The position numbers were made by a program, and so were the translations under genes. From IMG/VR virus record IMGVR_UViG_3300026116_000035: DNA of 64,000 nt. One strand, written 5' to 3'. Shown piece after piece: positions 56,759 to 64,000 of this stretch. The DNA is from a virus (lineage: Duplodnaviria > Caudoviricetes). Position 1 is the first letter of the stretch; the number at the start of each line of letters is the position of its first letter. The notes under the pieces were generated by a model. That model was not told the DNA's origin, did not search any database, and saw nothing but the letters and a program-made list of their open reading frames with translations.

Positions 56759-59638
56759 ATGATATTCAAACATAAACCATTATCACAGAGCATTGTTATG
56801 AAAGAGTTCGAAAAAGTAGCTATAGCGAAAGGTTTAGCTAAAGCCGAAGTTATTTCAAGCAATAAATCTGATAATGTTAAATTAGAGCCATCTGAAAATT
56901 TAATGATCGATATGTTAAATTTAGCAGAAGGGTTGCGTTCAAAAGGTTTTATTAAAGATGCTCAATCATTAGAAGAAAAAGTATTAGCATTTAAATCAGC
57001 CGAAACTCATTTATATAGAGCCGTTGATGAAGATGCTGAAGATATGCTTGAATTCGCTCATCCAAAGAAAAATCGTGTTAAATTTGAAGCTAAAGATGGT
57101 CATGGAGATTTTGAAGATACAAGAACTCAACATGAAAAAATGATCAGTATTGTCAATAAAAAAGTAGCTGAAGAATATAATGAGGTTTTAGAAAAAACTG
57201 CAGAAATATTAGGTCTAAAAAAAAATTCTGATTTAGATGTTATTGGTGAAAAAATAACCAATATTACCTATTTTAAAAATAAAATTAACGAATTATTAAA
57301 TCAAAAACCAGCATTTTATTTCGCTACTCGTGCCAGCTTTTTATCAGGTAGTGATGATGTATTATATATTGGTAGTAATAAATTAGGTGTTGGATTTCCA
57401 TTAATTGAAGGAAATGCTGCTTATAATAATGATCAATTTTCTCATGATGCATTAAATTTATTTAAAAAAATTAACAGTATAACTGAAACTATTTGGAAAT
57501 CATTTTTAGATAAAGATTCTAGTTTTGATGAAATTGTTAGTGATGAAAATATAAATCGCGCTAATAGTAAAATTCAGGAAATGTATGCTGAATTTTTAAA
57601 TAAATTACATTCTCTACCGTTAATTGAAAAACAAGGTGACGGATCGGTTAAAGATGATATTTTAAATCAATATACCGAAACGTTAAATTATTTATTAAGT
57701 CCAGCTAATATATTTATTTTTGAGTCATTAACTACAAATGATGATAAATTAGAAAATAAAGTTCGTGATTTTGTTTCAAGTCTTATAGCTAATGTAAAAG
57801 ATTTAAAACCATATACTGCTAAAACAGGAATGAGTGAAATTTTAGATTCAGGTTGGGCTAATTTAATTGCCAGCCGTTTTGAATCTGTCGCTGCAATTAA
57901 GGACGCTCCAGATTCGGATCCTAATTATTTTACTACAGTAGCTAATATAATTAAATCTAATGCAAATAAACCTTATGAGGTTACTTATAAAGCTCTCATA
58001 GCATTTGATAAAGATTTAACTCAAGCAACTGATAAATCTAAATTAGATTTGTGGGCACAAGAATGGCAAAAGCACTTTCAAAAAAAAGCTTCAAAAATTA
58101 ATAATATAATTAAAGAAGCGAAAATTCCAGGTGCTTCTGTGGTCCCTCAAGCGCCTACAAGTCCAGCAAAATATTCACGTCCAGTGTCTCATGTGAATCA
58201 TTCAGTTATACATAAATCAACTTTTCAGCAAGCTAATCCTGAAGAATATGATGCGGTTTCTAAAATGCAAACCGCCATTCATGCTTTAGCTGATTCTTTA
58301 TCTGAATTATTTCCGAAAGAACAAGCAAATGTACTTGCTAATTGGGTAAGTGATTTAACTTCAACTGGTTATGGAGAAAAAGGTCCCAAAGCTGAACCTA
58401 TTGATGGTGAATGGGGTCCAGCTACTGAAAAATCATTAAAAGTAGCTCAATCAATTTTATCTAAATTAGGTTATAAAGAAACATTAACCACAGATGCTCA
58501 AAGAATTAATGGTCAAGCTAAAAATTCTAAAGAAGATATTATTAATTTAGCTACAGCAAATTTAAATCAAATTCAAAAAGCTCTAATTGATCATAATATT
58601 GATTTTAAGGGTAAAGTTCAAGCTGTTAAAATTGAAGAAGATTCTCCATATATAGATTCTTTGCCGGAAAATATAAATTTTGCAGGTCCTGTCTTAACAG
58701 AAGAAAATTTAAAATCAGGATTAAATTTAACTAAAGATAATTTAAGTTCATTTAATAATTTATTTAATTTTCTTAAAATACATGGATTAGTGGAAGCAAA
58801 TGGATTGAATATTAAGGATTGGGAAAGAAATATTCGTTGGCTTTATAATAGAGCTTCTAAACAATTAATTGATACTAAAAAGAAATCAAAAGCTGAATAT
58901 AAAATTCTTCTAGAACATTTATTTAGTAAATTACAAGATTATGCTGCTACTCATGAAGCTTCAGATGCTATTATTCCATCTAAACAACTTGATGGAAATG
59001 TTACAAGTACAGTTTCACAAAAACCTAGTGGTCCAACAATTCCAGCATCAAATGATTCAAATTCTGAAGGAGTTGATGAACAAACTAATTCTGTAGAAAA
59101 AATACTTCCGGCGCCATTTGGTTATAAATTTGATTTAACTAATTTGCATGAACAATATGGCACCGTTATGAATGCTTATGATCAATATGCTTATTTATTA
59201 AATGATGTAACGTTTGATGTTAATGATTTTGGTTATGATGTTACCGCTATTGCTACAACTTATATCAAATTAACAATAGATAAAATACTTCAATTAAATA
59301 GACTTAATCCTAATGATTTTGTTCCAAATTTAAAAATTAAAGGGCAACCAGTAACATACACTCAACTTTTCAGCTATTTTGGAAATGTACCGTATGTAAT
59401 TGATATAAAGGCTAAAGCTTATGATTATGCATTATATCAAGTATGTTCAGGTTTATTAAATGATCTTTCCAACGTAATGGCTTATTGGAAGAGAAATACC
59501 AAACATGCTCAGCAATCTTCAGAATTACTTGATGCTGCTTGGAAGAAATGGTCAGAATCATTACGAAGAACATTAGGCAGAATTAATCAAGATTTAGCTC
59601 AAAATGGACCTTCTCCTTCATTACAAGGATCTTACTAA
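56759..59638 (+). CDS. large probable internal/ejection protein with peptidoglycan-binding-like motif
   Basis: GAGGA RBS; VSKMQTAI...IDGEWGPATEKSLKVAQ at about 58255-58450. Confidence 0.6.
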   Translation: MIFKHKPLSQSIVMKEFEKVAIAKGLAKAEVISSNKSDNVKLEPSENLMIDMLNLAEGLRSKGFIKDAQSLEEKVLAFKSAETHLYRAVDEDAEDMLEFAHPKKNRVKFEAKDGHGDFEDTRTQHEKMISIVNKKVAEEYNEVLEKTAEILGLKKNSDLDVIGEKITNITYFKNKINELLNQKPAFYFATRASFLSGSDDVLYIGSNKLGVGFPLIEGNAAYNNDQFSHDALNLFKKINSITETIWKSFLDKDSSFDEIVSDENINRANSKIQEMYAEFLNKLHSLPLIEKQGDGSVKDDILNQYTETLNYLLSPANIFIFESLTTNDDKLENKVRDFVSSLIANVKDLKPYTAKTGMSEILDSGWANLIASRFESVAAIKDAPDSDPNYFTTVANIIKSNANKPYEVTYKALIAFDKDLTQATDKSKLDLWAQEWQKHFQKKASKINNIIKEAKIPGASVVPQAPTSPAKYSRPVSHVNHSVIHKSTFQQANPEEYDAVSKMQTAIHALADSLSELFPKEQANVLANWVSDLTSTGYGEKGPKAEPIDGEWGPATEKSLKVAQSILSKLGYKETLTTDAQRINGQAKNSKEDIINLATANLNQIQKALIDHNIDFKGKVQAVKIEEDSPYIDSLPENINFAGPVLTEENLKSGLNLTKDNLSSFNNLFNFLKIHGLVEANGLNIKDWERNIRWLYNRASKQLIDTKKKSKAEYKILLEHLFSKLQDYAATHEASDAIIPSKQLDGNVTSTVSQKPSGPTIPASNDSNSEGVDEQTNSVEKILPAPFGYKFDLTNLHEQYGTVMNAYDQYAYLLNDVTFDVNDFGYDVTAIATTYIKLTIDKILQLNRLNPNDFVPNLKIKGQPVTYTQLFSYFGNVPYVIDIKAKAYDYALYQVCSGLLNDLSNVMAYWKRNTKHAQQSSELLDAAWKKWSESLRRTLGRINQDLAQNGPSPSLQGSY

Positions 59639-60730
59639 ATGAAAGGTTATGGTCAATATTTAGCTGATACCATGCTAATCGAAAAATTAGCTACAATGGA
59701 AATTGGATTATCTAAAACTGCCGGGATTACTGATTTACTTGGCGGTTTAGGTGATAAAATTAAATCTGAAGTATCATCCGTAGCTCAAGATAAAGGTTTA
59801 GTCTCTACTCTTGAAGAATATTTGGCTACCGGTGTTATTTTAAAATTATTAGGTCCTTGGGGCTGGGTTATTTCTACAGCCGCCTCTTTTCTTGGTTTTG
59901 ATATTGGATCTTTTATTGGTAAAATAATAGAATTTGTTAAAAATAAAATAGCTAATGGTCAAGATATTTCTTTAGATGATATTAATTCTACAGGAAAATC
60001 TTTAGCCGAATCAGCTTCTTCGTTTGCCGCTAATGATGGTTTAACTTCTCATTCTTCAGATATGTTAATTTTTCTAAAAAAAGCCGATGCTAATGAATCT
60101 ATTATGAAATTAGCAGCAGGATATTTTGAAGCTGCCAATGAAGCTACTCCTTTTCTAGGTGGTAAAGGTGGAATTATAGGAAGAATATTCGGTAATTTAT
60201 TTTCACAAGGAGCTCACGGTAAATCTAAAATATTAATGATTATCGCAGGACTTATTGTTTGGGTTATTAAAACTGTTCTCCTCGGCGCTGGTGCTGTTAA
60301 AGCTTCTTCTATGATTAAAAATTATGTAGATAAAAATAAATCACATTCTGAAAATGAAACAGAAACTACTAAATCTGAAAATACCGAAGTTCATTATAAT
60401 ATTCCTCTAGCTATACCCAATTCATTTAAATCAAGTGGAGATGGAAATCAATATCATATAAATGACGGAACCTCTATGTGGATTGTCCCGCTTTTAAATA
60501 AAGATATTAAAAAAACACTACTTTGGTGGACTATTACTATTTATCCAGAACTTAAAGGATATGAAAATGAACTTAGCTCAGCAAGTTCTTTCACTAATAT
60601 GGTATCTTTATTAAGTAAAGGTATTGATCCAAATCATCCAGATTATGTAAAAATACCAATAGGATTACACACAAGAAAAGAAATCGTTGATCGATTTGCT
60701 GGCGAAGTTAAATTAAAGGATATGAAATGA
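59639..60730 (+). CDS. probable ejection protein with two hydrophobic segments
   Basis: ILKLLGPWGWVISTAASFLG and ILMIIAGLIVWVIKTVLLGAGAV; KTAG, KLAA motifs. Confidence 0.55.
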   Translation: MKGYGQYLADTMLIEKLATMEIGLSKTAGITDLLGGLGDKIKSEVSSVAQDKGLVSTLEEYLATGVILKLLGPWGWVISTAASFLGFDIGSFIGKIIEFVKNKIANGQDISLDDINSTGKSLAESASSFAANDGLTSHSSDMLIFLKKADANESIMKLAAGYFEAANEATPFLGGKGGIIGRIFGNLFSQGAHGKSKILMIIAGLIVWVIKTVLLGAGAVKASSMIKNYVDKNKSHSENETETTKSENTEVHYNIPLAIPNSFKSSGDGNQYHINDGTSMWIVPLLNKDIKKTLLWWTITIYPELKGYENELSSASSFTNMVSLLSKGIDPNHPDYVKIPIGLHTRKEIVDRFAGEVKLKDMK

Positions 60731-61896
60731 AACTTAGAAGAAGCGAAATATTAGACAACTTTGCTAAAATAGCCTTAGAAAAAGGATTAATCGATAATAA
60801 ATTAACATCAAAAGCCGAAGCTATGTCAAAAGAAGATAAATACAAAGATTCGGAATGGAAAAAAAATATCGAAGCTCTTTATGGTGTTAAATTAGATAAT
60901 GAAGATATTTTAGATAAAGCTCATCCTAAACCCGTAGTCACTCTCCCGGCGTATGATAATGTTAATGGTTTAGTCGAAAATCTAAAAGAACGTCATAATA
61001 TTATGGTCGGTATTGTTAATAAAATGCCTAATGGTGCTTATGTAGGTACTAAATATGCTTCAGCGTATGATGATTTATTAAAAGAATTAATCAAAATTGG
61101 CTACTCCATGGATAATAAAAATATACACGAATTAAGAGTTTTAGCCGATTCTTGTTCCGAACGATTTACTAAAACTGCTTTCGCTCCACTTGCTATTGCC
61201 GGAGGGATTGCTGCAGTTTTAGGTTTAATAGCCATAATTAATCACACCACTCCTAGCGATCAAGGTGTTATTAATAATTGCGAAAAAGCTATAGCTGAAA
61301 TAGAAGAAGTTAAACCCAAATTACCACAAATTTCTAAAAATGTTGACGCTCTTTTAAGTGATCTAAAAGCATTAGAAGATTTGGCCAAACAATATAATAA
61401 TTTAGGTGGAATTGACGCTTCCACTCCAGAAAAATTAATGGATGCAGCCAATAAAGAAAAATCTTCTTTTGATGTCGTTAAAAAATATAAAAGCGCTTGT
61501 TCTTTAATGTCAGAAAAAATTCCAAAGTATATCGATCTAATTTCTTCGTATCATACCCAAACTGAAAGAACTTGGGATTGGTGGCAGAAAATTAAAAATG
61601 TGACCGAATTATTAACCGGTACTGATCAAGAAGATGCAGTTTTAGCTCTTCAAACTTTAAAAAATTCTCTAGAAGATTCAGTTAAAGAAGCTAATAATTT
61701 TATGGATTTAGCTAGAAAACAAGAGCCAAGTTTAGTTGCTGCTCTCTCTAAATTAAATACCGAAGAACCAAATCAACATACTGAATCTAAATCAAATAAT
61801 AATTCACAACCAGCTAATCATCAAAAATTTAATCCAAATGATGATATCGATCCAGAAGAAATTTGGAAAGATAACGGAATTCAACCATTAACATGA
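60727..61896 (+). CDS. probable ejection protein with one hydrophobic helix after a KTA motif
   Basis: TKTA-FAPLAIAGGIAAVLGLIAII at 61168-61239. Confidence 0.55.
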   Translation: MKLRRSEILDNFAKIALEKGLIDNKLTSKAEAMSKEDKYKDSEWKKNIEALYGVKLDNEDILDKAHPKPVVTLPAYDNVNGLVENLKERHNIMVGIVNKMPNGAYVGTKYASAYDDLLKELIKIGYSMDNKNIHELRVLADSCSERFTKTAFAPLAIAGGIAAVLGLIAIINHTTPSDQGVINNCEKAIAEIEEVKPKLPQISKNVDALLSDLKALEDLAKQYNNLGGIDASTPEKLMDAANKEKSSFDVVKKYKSACSLMSEKIPKYIDLISSYHTQTERTWDWWQKIKNVTELLTGTDQEDAVLALQTLKNSLEDSVKEANNFMDLARKQEPSLVAALSKLNTEEPNQHTESKSNNNSQPANHQKFNPNDDIDPEEIWKDNGIQPLT

Positions 61897-62345
61897 ATAT
61901 CGTTCCTAATACAAGTTTAGATGAAACTACTATTAATGATAATGTTCCAGCTTTAACTTTCGTAAAAGAACCTAATGTTCAATTAATCACTAGAGATATA
62001 CCAAAAAGCATGAATACCGTACCTAACGAAAATATAGAAAATATCCAAAATTATCTTAAAAATAATGAAGATGTTAACTATTTAATTAACGAAAATTATG
62101 ATGGTCCCATTGATGGCTTACTTAATGAAAAATTAATTAATATTGCTAAATCTCTTGAAAAGGCAATTTCTGAAACAATTAATAAAAATGTTAATGGAAT
62201 AATCTTAAAAACTACCGCTAATGATCTGAAATCTGCTCTTAAAAAAGTAGTCGCATTTAAAAAAAATAATCAAACAAAACAAGTTAAAATTAGCCAAGAT
62301 CAAAGAATTTATGAACTTGGTAAATTAAAAATGTCAAAAAAATAA
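61893..62345 (+). CDS. hypothetical protein with peptidoglycan-binding-like motif
   Basis: IENIQNYL...YDGPIDG. Confidence 0.5.
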   Translation: MNIVPNTSLDETTINDNVPALTFVKEPNVQLITRDIPKSMNTVPNENIENIQNYLKNNEDVNYLINENYDGPIDGLLNEKLINIAKSLEKAISETINKNVNGIILKTTANDLKSALKKVVAFKKNNQTKQVKISQDQRIYELGKLKMSKK

Positions 62346-62441
62346 AATTTTCTATCATTAAATCAATATATTTTTAGATTTATGTAAGTTTAGAATAAGA
62401 AATACGTGCATTATATAATTTGCACATACAAGGAAATCAAA

Positions 62442-63107
62442 ATGGCTCTTAAAATTTTACAATCAGGTATGAATCCCCTCGGTCAGTTCGACTGCTTAGA
62501 CTCCGAACTCACCTCATTTAAAGGTGGCGAAGTTTGCACGTTAACCAGAGTAACCTATAAAGGTTCAGATGTTAATGCTGCTGACGTTAATGACGGTTAT
62601 TCAGGTTCTACTTCTAAAACCCGTCCTGCCGTAACTCTTACTCTCGTTTCCGGTACTCGTCCGTTATTCTTAGCTGATGACGGTACGACTGGTTACGGTA
62701 CGCTTTTTGGTCAGGTAGTTGGTTCTTCAGTTGGTCAATCAGTAACTGGTGGCGCTCAGTTAGGTCCGCACACTGCTGCTGGCTCTGGCAAAATGACGCT
62801 CTGGGATAAAGAAGGTCTTTATGGCGTAACGTTAGATGCTGTTGATACGACCGTTGCTACTGGCCTCGTTCCTACTAATACCAGCATTACCTGCGGAGAC
62901 CCCCTCTTCGCTACGACTGCCGGTAAATTAACCCCCAACACTGGTAACCGCTTTGAAGCTTATACCGTTGCTCGTTTTATTGAATTTGCAACGAATGGCA
63001 GCTTAGTTACGACTGGTGCTGGCGCTGTAGGTACTGGTGTTCTTGCTGCCCCAGGTGGTTTCTCAGCTTTCACTCAAGCTATTATCCACTTCCAGCTCGG
63101 CGTCTGA
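62442..63107 (+). CDS. capsid decoration/cement-like protein directly upstream of MCP
   Basis: AAGGA RBS before ATG 62442 (track start 62406); high-expression-type codon use; G/T/A-rich beta protein. Confidence 0.65.
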   Translation: MALKILQSGMNPLGQFDCLDSELTSFKGGEVCTLTRVTYKGSDVNAADVNDGYSGSTSKTRPAVTLTLVSGTRPLFLADDGTTGYGTLFGQVVGSSVGQSVTGGAQLGPHTAAGSGKMTLWDKEGLYGVTLDAVDTTVATGLVPTNTSITCGDPLFATTAGKLTPNTGNRFEAYTVARFIEFATNGSLVTTGAGAVGTGVLAAPGGFSAFTQAIIHFQLGV

Positions 63108-63127
63108 TACTTAATTAACACAATCTT

Positions 63128-63160
63128 TGGGAGACTTTTTTATAAGAGTCTCCCATCTTT
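63128..63160 (+). terminator. strong hairpin between decoration gene and MCP (leaky terminator or RNA-stability element)
   Basis: TGGGAGACT...AGTCTCCCA stem, only TCTTT after it. Confidence 0.5.
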
Positions 63161-63210
63161 AATAAACAAATTAATTATCTATAATTTCATAGATAATCAG
63201 GAGAAACAGA

Positions 63211-64000
63211 ATGAATATATTTAATAACAAAGGTGAGCTCAATGCTTCATCGCTCCAAGAAGCGATGCAGACGCTTGCTAAATTCGCTTCCGTTTTGGAA
63301 GAGAATGCCCCCTCAAATTTAGCTCTCTCAAGTCAGTCAGCTCTCTCAGTTAATGCTCGTGATGAGTTAATTGAGCGCGCTATTATGTCACATGAGGGTA
63401 AAATTGCTCTAGCTCAGGCTATGGCTAACCCCATTCGCAAAAACCTTGATTATCAAGGTATTGCCCGCAGAGCACTCGTTGTTGACCCGCTTCCGCAAGG
63501 TGCTTTACCGGTTTATGACCGTGATATTGATGTAACTGCTGTTGTAATTTCAAGCAACGGTTCAGGTCCCGAGAGCCGTGTATTCGGTGATCGCGTATCA
63601 GTTCCTACGTTTGAATTATTCTCAAATCCTACTGTTCGTATTTCTGAGGTTCGTCGTCGTCGTTTCAACGTCATCGACCGTGCTGTTCAGAAAGCTCGTC
63701 AGGAAATCATGGCTCAAGAAGATGCTAACGTCTTCGCTGCTCTTGATTCAGCCGGTGGTGTTGAAAACGTTGTTCAGGATATCGCCGATGGTGGTATGCT
63801 CAAACGCGACTTAGTTGAAATTAAGGTCCAGATTGATCGCTGGGACTTGGTTACTACGAAGTTCTTCATGAATATCTCTGAGTACACCGATATCCTTAAC
63901 TGGGCTTCTGGTGGTGGTCAGGGTCCCACGGGCGGTGAAATCGATCCCGTAACTCAGCGTGAAGTTCTCCAGACTGGTCTATTTGCTCATATCTGGGGTG
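63211..64000 (+). CDS. major capsid protein, 3'-truncated by window edge (missed by ORF track)
   Basis: AGGAG RBS; open frame MNIFNNKGELNASS...ALAQAMANPIRKNLDYQGIARRALVVDPLPQGALPVYD...PTFELFSNPTVRISEV...AQEDANVFAAL; position after protease-scaffold and decoration genes; highest GC in window. Confidence 0.85.
   Translation, partial: MNIFNNKGELNASSLQEAMQTLAKFASVLEENAPSNLALSSQSALSVNARDELIERAIMSHEGKIALAQAMANPIRKNLDYQGIARRALVVDPLPQGALPVYDRDIDVTAVVISSNGSGPESRVFGDRVSVPTFELFSNPTVRISEVRRRRFNVIDRAVQKARQEIMAQEDANVFAALDSAGGVENVVQDIADGGMLKRDLVEIKVQIDRWDLVTTKFFMNISEYTDILNWASGGGQGPTGGEIDPVTQREVLQTGLFAHIWG

Noticed and set aside
2179-61451. Minus-strand and alternate-frame ORFs from the track (for example 2179, 3505, 6942, 7565, 8998, 12859, 14620, 16615, 16883, 19110, 25327, 29179, 29189, 31698, 37943, 39018, 42846, 43721, 50162, 51528, 51686, 51715, 52746, 61260)
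   Set aside because: All lie within well-supported + strand genes and have no recognisable motifs; treated as shadow ORFs
63578-63814. ORF-track 78-aa protein
   Set aside because: Out-of-frame shadow inside the major capsid gene starting at 63211
1-64000. Stop-codon reassignment (seen in some large phages)
   Set aside because: Long genes are uninterrupted in code 11, and TAG, TGA and TAA all end genes; the in-frame TAA at 24795 is an isolated mutation
1-64000. tRNA or rRNA genes
   Set aside because: Intergenic gaps are short and AT-rich; no cloverleaf or T-loop (GTTCRA) context recognised by eye

Overview
A 64-kb segment of a very AT-rich (roughly one quarter GC by eye), densely coding, large tailed dsDNA phage genome (jumbo-phage type, standard code 11), with essentially all genes on the + strand. 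The left half (1-29.8 kb) is a replication, recombination and repair block: CHC2 zinc-finger protein, SbcD/SbcC, dNMP kinase, Cas4/RecB-like nuclease, trigger factor, DnaE-type Pol III alpha, RecA, SSB, RuvC-like resolvase, DnaJ, Toprim-only primase, sigma-region-4 protein and a GIY-YIG endonuclease. The right half (29.9-64 kb) is DNA packaging and head morphogenesis: nucleotidyltransferase, terminase large subunit, portal, GH73-like muramidase, phosphatase, prohead protease-scaffold fusion, putative internal/ejection proteins, decoration-like paralogues and the major capsid protein, which is missing from the ORF track and runs off the window end. The most striking unexplained structure is a family of 24 small genes in three arrays (21 intact, 3 disrupted). 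All end in the same tail, L-T-x-x-E-x-I-I-K-N-I-I-E/D, in fixed register with the stop codon, and 20 carry a His/CxxC/Cys zinc-binding pattern around a highly variable core. Also notable are a recurrent K-x-A motif and a shared helical module in head proteins, a nested scaffold start inside the protease gene, and a primase whose zinc-binding and catalytic parts are 24 kb apart. No CRISPR array, tRNA or rRNA was recognised.
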